Below, piece by piece: positions 1 to 11,230 of a stretch of 64,000 nucleotides of DNA (position 1 is its first letter; the number at the start of each line of letters is the position of its first letter). Under the pieces are notes generated by a model, which worked only from the letters and a program-made list of their open reading frames with translations, ran no database searches and was not told the DNA's origin. A program made the position numbers and the translations under genes. This stretch comes from Octopus sinensis (Eukaryota). The DNA lies in the NCBI RefSeq assembly GCF_006345805.1, contig NW_021833228.1:124001-188000 (forward strand), in the 5' to 3' direction.

Positions 1-777
1 CACTCAATATGGAGTGAATACTGGGTAGATTCTGGTTGGGTTCATTCTTCTTGTAAGGGTAGAAAAAAAGGAGGATTGAAGGTTGAGAGAAAGAGAAAAA
101 GGAGGAAAGAGGGGAAGGGTAGGAAACGTTAATGAAGTTGGGATCACAAAAAAATATTTATATAATTATATAGGATAATAAAATATAAAATATAATAAAA
201 AGTAAAGATGTAAAAATATAAATATATAAAGATATAAAGAACGTCAGGTATAAGGTCAAAAATTCTAGAAGTGTATTGTGAAAGTGTAAAAGGTACATCA
301 TCATCATCATCATCATTTAGCATCCGTTTTCCATGCTAGCATGGGTTGGACGGTTCAACTGGGGTCTGTGAGGCCAGAAGGCTTCATCAGGCCCAGTCAG
401 ATCTGGCAGTGTTTCTACGGCTGGATGCCCTTCCTAACTCCAACCACTCCGTGAGTGTAGTGGGTGCTTTTTACGTGCCACCCGCACAGGTGCCAGACAG
501 AGCTGGCAAACGGCCACGAACGGATGGTGCTTTTACGTGCCACCGGCACGGGGGCCAGGCGAGGCTGGCAACGGACACGAATGGATGGTGCTTTTACATG
601 CCACCAGCACGGGGGCCAGGCGAGGCTGGCAACGGACACGAACGGATGGTGTTTTTACGTGCCACCGGCACGGGGGCCAGGCGAGGCTGGCAACGAACAC
701 CAACGGATGGGACAATAGTTAGAGACTACTTGAATTTTGCACATACCATAACCTGTGCATCACTACCACATTCTTGC
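1..777. repeat. Left arm of inverted duplication (reverse complement of 1903-2678); may extend beyond the window's left edge
   Basis: Position 1 CACTCAATATGGAGTG is the reverse complement of CACTCCATATTGAGTG ending at 2678. The match continues with only scattered indels/substitutions to ...CACATTCTTGC (777) versus GCAAAGAATGTG (1903). Mirror-image ORFs appear in the track (464..718+ / 1963..2217-). Confidence 0.95.
296..710 (-). mobile_element. 5'-truncated RTE LINE 3' UTR with (ATG)n tail and 61-bp internal repeats (inverted copy of 1971-2383)
   Basis: (CAT)n at 296-316, then TTTAGCATCCGTTTTCCATGCTAGCATGGG, the reverse complement of the terminus of the ORF-bearing LINEs in this window. 61-bp repeats start near 521, 582 and 643. 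Confidence 0.85.
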
Positions 778-973
778 ACCTGTGTCGGTGGCACATAAAA
801 TCACCCACTACACTCTCGGAGTGGTTGGCGTTAGGAAGGGCATCCAGCTGTAGAAACACTGCCAGATCTGACTGGCCTGGTGCAGCCTTCGGGCTCCCCA
901 GACCCCAGTTGAACCGTCCAACCCATGCTAGCATGGAAAACGGACGCTAAATGATGATGATGATGATGATGAT
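776..973 (+). mobile_element. ~200-bp 3'-terminal fragment of the young long-UTR RTE subfamily with (ATG)n tail
   Basis: GCACCTGTGTCGGTGGCAC...CGGACGCTAA(ATG)n is identical by eye to the last ~200 bp of the elements ending at 24670 and 32536. Confidence 0.9.
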
Positions 974-1136
<163 letters not shown>

Positions 1137-1455
1137 ATTGAGGGTGACATGGGGTGTGTAATGATACCTACACACATACTAGATATGCTTAAAGCATGTA
1201 GCATCAGATTGCTATAAACTGACCACTGGCTACAACAATATCATATTTCACTCCCTTTCTTCTGGTAATTAGAAGTAATTTACCACAGCATCAAAGCTTT
1301 AATTCCTTATCTCTCTATCTTAATCCTTTTGTCTTTGTATACCTTTGTATCTTTTTATTTCTGTCTTTATTTTATTTTTATTTTTATTTTTTATTTTTTA
1401 TATTTGTTGTACCATTGAATTACACTTAACGCCCAACTTTTATGCTCAGGTAACT

Positions 1456-1970
1456 CTACAGCTTTGCTTCAATAACTGTTTCCAGCTCTGAGAGCCCAGC
1501 ACTGAACCAATCTGGGTTTTGCCTTTCTCTCATGCCAAAAGTGTCTATTGATATGGTATACAAAGCTTCCCTGATATAATTCCACCTACTTTCAGCAGAG
1601 GAGGTTGGGCAGCTACTGAGGGCAACCTTGATAGAAACAGCAAAACATTGTCGCAGTGTAGGGTCCGAGGTTCTGGCAGCGTTAATGCGTGGTCGGCCCA
1701 TTTTTTGGAGTGATGGACTTTTTTAGGCAGAATCCTCACCATGCTTCTTATTAGTGAATGATCTGTGTCACAATCCGCACTGTGGTAACTACGGGTCAGT
1801 TGAACAGAATTCAGAAAGGATCTTCGTGTAATGATGAGATCCAGCTGATGCCAGTGGTGAGATCTTGGACGTCTCCAAGATGCCTTGTGGGATGTCTTGT
1901 TGGCAAAGAATGTGGTAGTGATGCACAGGTTATGGTATGTGCAAAATTCAAGTAGTCTCTAACTATTGTC
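1456..1970 (-). pseudogene. RTE-clade (BovB-like) LINE ORF fragment: C-terminal part of the APE endonuclease and linker
   Basis: Minus strand translates QRLLEFCTYHNLCITTTFFANKTSHKASWRRPRSHHWHQLDLIITRRSFLNSVQLTRSYHSADCDTDHSL, containing the RTE EN motifs LLEFC, HWHxLD and DCxTDH. It is a different family from the PHD-bearing LINE. Confidence 0.85.
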
Positions 1971-2678
1971 CCATCCGTTGGTGTTCGTTGCCAGCCTCGC
2001 CTGGCCCCCGTGCCGGTGGCACGTAAAAACACCATCCGTTCGTGTCCGTTGCCAGCCTCGCCTGGCCCCCGTGCTGGTGGCATGTAAAAGCACCATCCAT
2101 TCGTGTCCGTTGCCAGCCTCGCCTGGCCCCCGTGCCGGTGGCACGTAAAAGCACCATCCGTTCGTGGCCGTTTGCCAGCTCTGTCTGGCACCTGTGCGGG
2201 TGGCACGTAAAAAGCACCCACTACACTCACGGAGTGGTTGGAGTTAGGAAGGGCATCCAGCCGTAGAAACACTGCCAGATCTGACTGGGCCTGATGAAGC
2301 CTTCTGGCCTCACAGACCCCATTGAACCGTCCCACCCATGCTAGCATGGAAAACGGATGCTAAATGATTGGATGATGATGATGTACCTTTTACACATTTC
2401 ACAATACCTTCTAGAATTTTTGACCTTATACCTGACGTTCTTTATATCTTTATATATTTATATTTTTACATCTTTACTTTTTATTATATTTTATATTTTA
2501 TTATCCTATATAATTATATAAATATTTTTTTGTGATCCCAACTTCATTAACGTTTCCTACCCTTCCCCTCTTTCCTCCTTTTTCTCTTTCTCTCAACCTT
2601 CAATCCTCCTTTTTTTCTACCCTTACAAGAAGAATGAACCCAACCAGAATCTACCCAGTATTCACTCCATATTGAGTG
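1903..2678. repeat. Right arm of inverted duplication (reverse complement of 1-777)
   Basis: Same alignment as for the left arm. Confidence 0.95.
1971..2383 (+). mobile_element. 5'-truncated RTE LINE 3' UTR with 61-bp repeats and (ATG)n tail
   Basis: Three 61-bp GCCAGCCTCGCCTGGC-containing units, then GAGTGGTTGGAGTTAGGAAGGGCATCCAGC and CCATGCTAGCATGGAAAACGGATGCTAAATGA...ATG. Closest to the 3' UTR of the 7990-9249 element. Confidence 0.85.
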
Positions 2679-3089
2679 AGAAAAGGTATGGACGATTTTT
2701 TGGAGTCCAATAATACCCTGTACACCTATTTCCTTTCCCAGTGATACTCAGTTTACCTACCATTATAAATAATGCCAAATGTTCTTTTTCAAACCTTTCA
2801 TAATGTGATACAAGTCTTTGGAGTAGCAATTGCATGCGACTGAAGAGAGCTTTAAACCCATCTGTTATGTCGATTATACATTGATGTAAGAATAAGTTGT
2901 TTTATAAAGCTTGAAACACGTGTACCGCGACATCCTTTGTGTTCTGTTTTTTATTTTATTTCCTTTGATACATATATATATATAAACATGTATATATATG
3001 GATGTATATGTATGCATGTATACGTATAGATGTATTTCTATAGATATACATGTATATGTATACATGTATGTCTAGATGTATATTATATA

Positions 3090-3185
3090 CATATATAGAT
3101 GTACATGTAATATGTACACATATATATATACACATATATACATGCACTAGCACTATGACCTGGCAAGGATGAGTCATAATGCTAG
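3090..3185 (+). mobile_element. Degenerate Helitron 3'-end fragment within TA/CA-rich low-complexity DNA
   Basis: GATGTACATGTAATATGTACAC...CATGCACTAGCACTATGACCTGGCAAGGATGAGTCATAATGCTAG parallels 5641-5715, with a decayed hairpin. Confidence 0.5.
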
Positions 3186-3274
3186 TATACATATATAGAT
3201 GTACATGTAATATGTACACATATATATGCACATATATACACCCATACACACACACACACACACACACATACATA

Positions 3275-3612
3275 GGTGCAGGTGTGGCTGTGTGCTAACA
3301 AATTTGGTTCCAAAACACATGGTCCTCAGCTCAGTCCCACTGAGTGGTGACTTGGCATGTGTCTTCTGCTATAGCCTGAAACCAACCAAAGCCTTGCCAG
3401 GGAATTTTGTAGACAGAAACTGAAACAATTAATCGTATATATATTATATTATATATGTAAGTCTATGTGTGTGTCTTTGTGTTTCTCCCTCATCACTGCC
3501 TCACAACTGGTGTTCGTTTATTTACTTCCCGTAACTTACTTGTTTCACAAGAAGAAGCTGATAGAGTAAGTACCAGGCTTATCAAAATAAAAAAAGCACT
3601 AGGCAGTGTCTC
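3275..3612 (+). mobile_element. Degenerate tRNA-derived SINE of the type abundant in Octopus genomes
   Basis: Head GGTGCAGGTGTGGCTGTGTGCTAA (A-box-like) and CTCAGTCCCACTG (B-box-like). Then GTGTCTTCTGCTATAGCC, GTAGACAGAAACTGAAA, an internal TA/TG tract and a 3' part CCCGTAACTTA...GATAGAGTAAGTACCAGGCTT. Recognised from memory of the family, not by search. Confidence 0.7.
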
Positions 3613-3677
3613 ATATTTTTGTTTGCCCACTCAGTTGTATCTATCAATTTATCTTGTGTGTTGTGTGTGTGTGTGTG

Positions 3678-3713
<36 letters not shown>

Positions 3714-3715
<2 letters not shown>

Positions 3716-3774
3716 ATTTCGTAGACAGGAACTGAAACAAATTAATCGTATATATATGTATGTATATATGTGTT
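3714..3774 (+). mobile_element. Second short fragment of the same SINE (GTAGACAGGAACTGAAAC segment)
   Basis: Repeats 3409-3450 with few changes; follows (TG)n/(TA)n. Confidence 0.55.
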
Positions 3775-4309
3775 TTGGTATTGGCAACATGAATGACAAT
3801 AGTCAGAGACTACTTGAATTTTGCACATACCATAACCTGTGCATCACTAACACATTCTTGCCAACAAGACATCCCACAAGGCATCTTGGAGACGTCCAAG
3901 ATCTCACCACTGGCATCAGCTGGATCTCATCATTACACGAAGATCCTTTCTGAATTCTGTTCAACTGACCCGTAGTTACCACAGTGCGGATTGTGACACA
4001 GATCATTCACTAATAAGAAGCATGGTGAGGATTCTGCCTAAAAAAGTCCATCACTCCAAGAAAATGGGCCGACCACGCATTAACGCTGCCAGAACCTCGG
4101 ACCCTACACTGCGACAATGTTTTGCTGTTTCTATCAAGGTTGCCCTCAGTAGCTGCCCAACCTCCTCTGCTGAAAGTAGGTGGAATTATATCAGGGAAGC
4201 TTTGTATACCATATCAATAGACACTTTTGGCATGAGAGAAAGGCAAAACCCAGATTGGTTCAGTGCTGGGCTCTCAGAGCTGGAAACAGTTATCGAAGCA
4301 AAGCTGTAG
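3775..4309 (+). pseudogene. RTE-clade APE endonuclease fragment, inverted paralog of 1456-1970
   Basis: FGIGNMNDNSQRLLEFCTYHNLCITNTF, then a 1-bp frameshift, then WRRPRSHHWHQLDLIITRR...ADCDTDHSL...MVRILPKKVHHSK. Track ORFs 3606..3953, 4022..4309. Confidence 0.85.
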
Positions 4310-4544
4310 GGTTACCCGAGCATAAAAGACGAGCAGTATTTGTAATTCAATGGCACAACAGTGTAACAGTTTGCTTTCACATACACTTACATTGTGATTT
4401 CTGCAATGTGCTGCATAAATTGTCAAGTAAATGAGAGGCATCTTTGCCTCCACTGATTCAGTTGCAAAGTGTTGAACAAAGTTATTTGATTGCAGACCTC
4501 CTTTCAGTCTTTTTATTATCACTCGGTCACATCGGGTATCTCTG

Positions 4545-4545
4545 C

Positions 4546-4614
<69 letters not shown>

Positions 4615-5715
4615 TGAGAATGTGTCTGTCTGTGTATTTCCCTAAAACTTGAGAACTACACAACCAATTTCATTCAAATTTTACACATGCCTTAATTAGG
4701 GTCCATGTAATTTCATGGGCAAAAAGACTGTTCAACATCTTGCCTAGAGCTAGCCCATAGCAATATCATATCTTCTCCACTATTTCAGTATTACGTGTTA
4801 AAAGTGAAACAAAATCGTTTCTCTATTTTATGTCAGATACTTTCACTTTAAACTAAAAATAATAATAACAATTGAATTATATGTAGTAAGTAACAATTAA
4901 AATCAAACTAAAGTATGATATAATAATTAAACCGTAACATTGCATCAATGATTTGAACTTGAATCAGTGGTTTCACATGAATGGGAATAAATAAAAAATA
5001 AAATTTAAGTGCAGAAATGGAATAGTCCTGATGGAGGTGTGCATGGCTTTTACATTAGATTATTTGCTAATTAGCTAGCATTAAGTATCTATATGAAGTT
5101 TGGCTGTACGAAAGATGCTTCTACTGAGTACCGCTGTTGGTTTATTTCTGATCCATAAAGGCCTATAGCTTCAATAGAGTACTGCTCTTTTGTTTACCGT
5201 AAGGTTTGTTGTTATTATTATTTCTGTTTAACTATTGTTATCACGTTTGTTGGTTCCTCGTAAGGGAAGCGTTGTTGTGTTGCATTTGTTAAATAATTGT
5301 AAACTGTAACCCTCCCCCTTTGGAAGAAGGAGTTTTGGTTATTGTTTAAAAATTGAATTGTGTACCTGTTTGGGGAAATTGACAATATTTTCACCGTTTA
5401 CACGGAAGCATTTTTGTTAGAATGCCTTCGATAGAAGAAAGTCCAAAAATTAATTTCGCTGCAGCCGTCGAATTGTAGCCACACTTCTATACAAGAGGGA
5501 GGACAAGATCCAATTGATCGAAATTGCAAGAGACGGGCTAACAATTCAAGTCTGTTATATATTTTGAGTATTGTTATCACTAGCGATATCAAGATATAAC
5601 TTTGTATTTTGCATTTTATGTGTAGATGTATATATATATAGATGTACATGTAATATGTACACATATATACATGCACTAGCACTATGACCCGGCAACGACG
5701 GGTCTTTAATGCTAG
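4545..5715 (+). mobile_element. Non-autonomous Helitron-like element (~1.17 kb)
   Basis: The 3' end has the canonical form: hairpin GACCCG-GCAACGA-CGGGTC (5686-5704), 7 nt, then CTAG (5712-5715) followed by T. The 5' end reads CTAC(TA)n AAAACTGAGAATGTGTCTGTCTG...CAACCAATTTCATTCAAATTTTACAC. The 5' boundary is uncertain because the canonical TC start is not clean. Confidence 0.6.
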
Positions 5716-5783
5716 TATATATATATATAATCAGCAGTCACATGCAGTTCATAAGTATATATACATGAACAAACATATATCAT

Positions 5784-6311
5784 CTCATCAGGGAGAGAGT
5801 CTGCTTAGATGAGATGCAGTTTAGTTTTGTGCTGGGTAGAAGCGCCATTGATGCCATATTCCTGGTTCGACAACTGCATGAGAAATACCTAGCTAAAGAT
5901 AAACCCCTCTACATAGCTTTCGTGGACTTCGAGAAAGCCTTTGACAGGGTCCCCCCGATCCCTTGTCTGCGAAAACGAATGGTTAATTAGGGCTGTACAG
6001 GCCCTATACAGAGAGGCCATTAGCAAAGTTAGGATTGGCAACAACTATAGTGAAGAATTCCAGGTAGAAGTAGGAGTCCACCAAGGTTCAGCCCTCAGTC
6101 CCGTTTTATTCATCATAGTCCTCCAAGCAATAACAGAGGAATTCAAGACGGGTTGCCCCTGGGAGCCCCTCTATGCTGATGACCTAGCCCTCATGGCAGA
6201 ATCACTACCAGAACTAGAGAAGAAATTTCGTGTGTGGAAGGTAGGTTTAGAATCAAAAGGCCTTAGAGTCAATGTTGCAAGGAAGGCAAACTCACCACAC
6301 ACCCCTTCAGG
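5784..6311 (+). pseudogene. Internal reverse-transcriptase fragment of an older member of the same RTE family
   Basis: LIRERVCLDEMQFSFVLGRSAIDAIFLVRQLHEKYLAKDKPLYIAFVDFEKAFDRVP, a frameshift, then GVHQGSALSPVLF...YADDL...GLRVN. Stops at TPSG, just before the PHD finger. Confidence 0.9.
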
Positions 6312-6454
6312 AATATCTATATAGAACAGATTTCTTTCAAACTGAAAGTATTGTCTCACATTACAATAGTGACATAATACTGAAATCGTGTAAGAGATAA
6401 GAGATAGCTCTGGGGCCAGCATCTCTTCCAGCAAACGGTAAATGTGGAATTATC

Positions 6455-6580
6455 TTGGTCATGCTGGAGTACCATATCGACTTGCATTTTCCAAGTTTGA
6501 TATTTATTCTATCGTTTTTTTGCCTCCGGAAATCTAAAGGAACTGACCCCTGTTGTCAAACAGTGGTGGGGTCAAGCACG
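6455..6580 (-). mobile_element. Possible highly decayed 3' half of the tRNA-derived SINE
   Basis: Minus strand reads CCCCACCACTGTTTGACAAC...GCAAAAAAACGATAGAATAA...GGTACTCCAGCATGACC, resembling segments of the SINE at 3275. Confidence 0.4.
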
Positions 6581-6665
6581 CGTACTACTAGCGAACAATG
6601 GTCCCGGTACGTGCACTCGCGCTAGCTAGTTGTAAGTAGTCAATCCTAGGCTGGGAACTTTTCAG

Positions 6666-7989
6666 TTTGAATGGCAGTTTTCAACTCAATTTGTAGTTAA
6701 CTAAACACTTTTAAACTTCGTATACTGGTAGAAGGTGTCAGAAGAAAACATTATTTGGATCTTTTCCTTTTGATAGCCAGATTTCAACACAATTTCTAAT
6801 TAACTAAACACTTTTAAACTTCGTATACTGGTAGAGTGTGTCAAAAGAAAACATTATTTTGATCTATTCCTTTTGAAAGACAGATTTCAACCCAATTTCT
6901 AGTTACCTAAACACTTTTAAACTTCGTATACTGGTAGAAGGTGTCAAAAGAAAACATTATTTGGATCTTTTCCTTTTGAACGGCAGTTTTCAACACAATT
7001 TCTAGTTAACTAAACACTTTTAAACTTCGTATACTGGTAGAATGTGTCAAAAGAAAACATTATTTGGATCTTTCCCTTTTGATAGACAGATTTCAACACA
7101 ATTTCTATTTAACTAAACACTTTTAAACTTCGTATACTTGTAGAATGTGTCAAAAGAAAACATTATTTGGATCTTTTCCTTTTGAACGGCAGTTTTCAAC
7201 ACAATTTCTAGTTAACTAAACACTTTTAAACTTCGTATACTGGTAGAATGTGTCAAAAGAAAACATTATTTGGATCTTTCCCTTTTGATAGACAGATTTC
7301 AACACAATTTCTATTTAACTAAACACTTTTAAACTTCGTATACTTGTAGAATGTGTCAAAAGACAACATTATTTGGATCTTTTCCTTTTGATAGACAGAT
7401 TTCAACAACAATTTCTAGTTAACTAAACACTTTTAAACTTCGTATACTGGTAGAATGTGTCGAAAGAAAACATTATTTGGATCTTTCCCTTTTGATAGAC
7501 AGATTTCAACACAATTTCTAGTAACTAAACACTTTTAAACTTCGTATACTGGTAGAATGTGTCAAAAGAAAACATTATTTGGATCTTTTCCTTTTGATAG
7601 ACAGATTTCAACACAATTTCTAGTTAACTAAACACTTTAAAACTTCGTATACTGGTAGAATGTGTCAAAAGACAACATTATTTGGATCTTTTCCTTTTGA
7701 TAGACAGATTTCAACACAATTTCTAGTTAACTAAACACTTTTTAAACTTCGGATACTTTACGATTTAGCTGATTTTTAGAATGTGTCGAAAGACAACATT
7801 ATTTGGATTTTTCCTTTTGATAGACAGTTTTCAACACAATTTCTAGTTAACTAAACACTTTTAAAACTTCGTATACTGGTAGAATGTGTCAAAAACAACA
7901 TTATTTGGATCTTTTCCTTTTGATAGACAGATTTCAACACAATTTCGAGTTAACTAAACACTTTTAAACTTCGTATACTGGTAGAATGT
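6666..7989. repeat. 103-bp satellite, segment 1 (~13 monomers, diverged left edge)
   Basis: Consensus TACTGGTAGAATGTGTCAAAAGACAACATTATTTGGATCTTTTCCTTTTGATAGACAGATTTCAACACAATTTCTAGTTAACTAAACACTTTTAAACTTCGTA (103 nt). TAGAATG recurs at 7141 and 7244. Confidence 0.97.
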
Positions 7990-9249
7990 CATCATCATCA
8001 TCATCATCATCATCATTTAGCGTCCGTTTTCCATGCTAGCATGGGTTGGATGGTTCTACTGGGGTCTGTGAAGCCAGAAGGCTTCATCAGGCCCAGTCAA
8101 ATCTGGCAGTGTTTCTACGGCTGGATGCCCTTCCTAACGCCAACCACTCCGTGAGTGTAGTGGGTGCTTTTTACGTGTCACCCGCACTGGTGCCAGACAG
8201 AGCTGGCAAACGGCCACGAACGGATGGTGCTTTTTATGTGCCACCAGCATGAGGGCCAGGCGAGGCTGGCAACGGACACGAAACGGGGCGGTGCTGGCAA
8301 CGGTCGCGAAACGGAAAGTTCTCTTACATGCCACCGGCACTGGTAACACTTATGCAATTTCCATTGATCGATTTCGATTCTGATCCTCACTTGCCTCAAC
8401 ACGTCTTCACAAGTAGAGTTTTGTGTCCCAAGAAGGGAAGGTATGCATACGTAGGCTGGCTCCATCCCATGTAGAAGGCCACGGGTTGTGGACTCACTTG
8501 TCCTGCCGGGTCTTCTCGCGCACAGCACACTTCCAGAGGTCTCGGTCTCTAGTCATTTCCTCAGTGAGACCTAAAGTTCGAAGGTCGTGCTTCACCACCT
8601 CGTCCCAGGTTTTCCTGGGTCTGCCTCTTCCACAGGTTCCCTCAACCGCTAGGGTGTGGCACTTTTTCACACAACTATCTTCATCCATTCTCGCCACATG
8701 ACCATACCAGCGCAAACGTCTCTCTTGCACACCACAACTGATGCTTCTTAGGTCCAGCTTTTCTCTCAAGGTACTTACACTCTGCCGAGTGTGAGTACCG
8801 GCATTACACATCCATCGGAGCATACTGGCTTCATTTCTAGCGAGCTTACGCATATCCTCAGCAGTCACGGCCCATGTTTCACTGCCATGTAGCATGGCTG
8901 TTCGTACACACGCATCATACAGTCTGCCTTTCACTCTGTGCGGGAGGCCTTTTGTCACCAGCAGAGGTAAGAACTCTCTGAACTTTGCCCAAGCTATTCT
9001 TACTCTAGCAGTTACACTTTCAGCACACCCGCCCCCGCTGCTGACTTGGTCACCTAGGTAACGGAAACTATCAACTATTTCTAGTTTTTCTCCCTGGAAA
9101 GTGACGGAAGTTGGTCTCAGAGCATTTTCAGTGTTTATTGTTCCTTAGCATCTGCCACATACAAAAACCATCTTCCTAGTTAGCCTTCCTTTGACATTGC
9201 TGCATCTCTTATGTGTCCATAGCTTACACTTGGTGCATCTTATAGAGTT
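7990..9249 (-). mobile_element. 5'-truncated RTE LINE (short-3'UTR subfamily), copy 1, 1260 bp
   Basis: (CAT)n tail at 7990, ~500-nt 3' UTR, then ORF C-terminus (track 8494..8958-) continuing upstream through FRYLG into the PHD finger. In-frame TAA at 9145-9147. Truncated at NSIRC. Confidence 0.95.
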
Positions 9250-9970
9250 GTCAAAAGAAAACATTATTTGGATCTTTCCCTTTTGATAGACAGATTTCAA
9301 CACAATTTCTATTTAACTAAACACTTTTAAACTTCGTATACTGGTAGAATGTGTCAAAAGAAAACATTATTTGGATCTTTTCCTTTTGAACGGCAGTTTT
9401 CAACACGATTTCTAGTTAACTAAACACTTTTAAACTTCGTATACTGGAAGAATGTGTCAAAAAACAACATTATTTGGATCTTTTCCTTTTGATAGACAGA
9501 TTTCAACACAATTTCTAGTTAACTAAACACTTTTAAACTTCGTATACTGGTAGGATGTGTCGAAAGAAAACATTATTTGGATCTTTTCCTTTTGAACGGC
9601 AGTTTTCAACACAATTTCTAGTTAACTAAACACTTTTAAACTTCGTATACTGGTAGAATGTGTCGAAAGAAAACATTATTTGAATCTTTCCCTTTTGATA
9701 GACAGATTTCAACACAATTTCTAGTTAACTAAACACTTTCAAACTTCGTATACTGGTAGAATGTGTCAAAAAACAACATTATTTGGATCTTTTCCTTTTG
9801 ATAGACAGATTTCAACACAATTTCTAGTTAACTAAACACTTTTAAACTTCGTATACTGGTAGAATGTGTCAAAAGACAACATTATTTGGATCTTTTCCTT
9901 TTGATAGACAGATTTCAACACAATTTCGAGTTAACTAAACACTTTTAAACTTCGTATACTGGTAGAATGT
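9250..9970. repeat. 103-bp satellite, segment 2 (721 bp = 7 monomers)
   Basis: Length is exactly 7 x 103. Confidence 0.97.
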
Positions 9971-11230
9971 CATCATCATCATCATCATCATCATCATTTA
10001 GCGTCCGTTTTCCATGCTAGCATGGGTTGGATGGTTCTACTGGGGTCTGTGAAGCCAGAAGGCTTCATCAGGCCCAGTCAAATCTGGCAGTGTTTCTACG
10101 GCTGGATGCCCTTCCTAACGCCAACCACTCCGTGAGTGTAGTGGGTGCTTTTTACGTGTCACCCGCACTGGTGCCAGACAGAGCTGGCAAACGGCCACGA
10201 ACGGATGGTGCTTTTTATGTGCCACCAGCATGAGGGCCAGGCGAGGCTGGCAACGGACACGAAACGGGGCGGTGCTGGCAACGGTCGCGAAACGGAAAGT
10301 TCTCTTACATGCCACCGGCACTGGTAACACTTATGCAATTTCCATTGATCGATTTCGATTCTGATCCTCACTTGCCTCAACACGTCTTCACAAGTAGAGT
10401 TTTGTGTCCCAAGAAGGGAAGGTATGCATACGTAGGCTGGCTCCATCCCATGTAGAAGGCCACGGGTTGTGGACTCACTTGTCCTGCCGGGTCTTCTCGC
10501 GCACAGCACACTTTCAGAGGTCTCGGTCTCTAGTCATTTCCTCAGTGAGACCTAAAGTTCGAAGGTCGTGCTTCACCACCTCGTCCCAGGTTTTCCTGGG
10601 TCTGCCTCTTCCACAGGTTCCCTCAACCGCTAGGGTGTGGCACTTTTTCACACAACTATCTTCATCCATTCTCGCCACATGACCATACCAGCGCAAACGT
10701 CTCTCTTGCACACCACAACTGATGCTTCTTAGGTCCAGCTTTTCTCTCAAGGTACTTACACTCTGCCGAGTGTGAGTACCGGCATTACACATCCATCGGA
10801 GCATACTGGCTTCATTTCTAGCGAGCTTACGCATATCCTCAGCAGTCACGGCCCATGTTTCACTGCCATGTAGCATGGCTGTTCGTACACACGCATCATA
10901 CAGTCTGCCTTTCACTCTGTGCGAGAGGCCTTTTGTCACCAGCAGAGGTAAGAACTCTCTGAACTTTGCCCAAGCTATTCTTACTCTAGCAGTTACACTT
11001 TCAGCACACCCGCCCCCGCTGCTGACTTGGTCACCTAGGTAACGGAAACTATCAACTATTTCTAGTTTTTCTCCCTGGAAAGTGACGGAAGTTGGTCTCA
11101 GAGCATTTTCAGTGTTTATTGTTCCTTAGCATCTGCCACATACAAAAACCATCTTCCTAGTTAGCCTTCCTTTGACATTGCTGCATCTCTTATGTGTCCA
11201 TAGCTTACACTTGGTGCATCTTATAGAGTT
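9971..11230 (-). mobile_element. 5'-truncated RTE LINE, copy 2 (tandem duplicate, period 1981 bp)
   Basis: Same junctions and same TAA stop (11126-11128) as copy 1. Differs at two substitutions seen (P/S codon; W to stop). Confidence 0.95.

Noticed and set aside
346-798. 60-180 aa ORFs over the 3' UTR repeats (also 1811-2347, 8046-8701, 22983-24707, 30853-32603)
   Set aside because: They arise in several frames and on both strands from GC-rich stop-poor repeats; no recognisable domain and no consistent frame between subfamilies.
3275-3350. tRNA gene
   Set aside because: The A/B boxes are decayed, no cloverleaf forms, and the sequence continues into SINE body.
5398-5682. 94-aa minus-strand ORF as Helitron Rep/helicase or a captured gene
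   Set aside because: No HUH or helicase motif in the frames I translated; part of it is low-complexity TA sequence.
6581-6665. ACTAG...CCCGG at the array start as an inverted Helitron end (satellite derived from Helitron internal repeats)
   Set aside because: No clear hairpin and no matching opposite end in the window; plausible but unsupported.
7130-7150. CTTCGTATAC... as a CENP-B box
   Set aside because: Only TTCG matches; the required A and CGGG positions do not.
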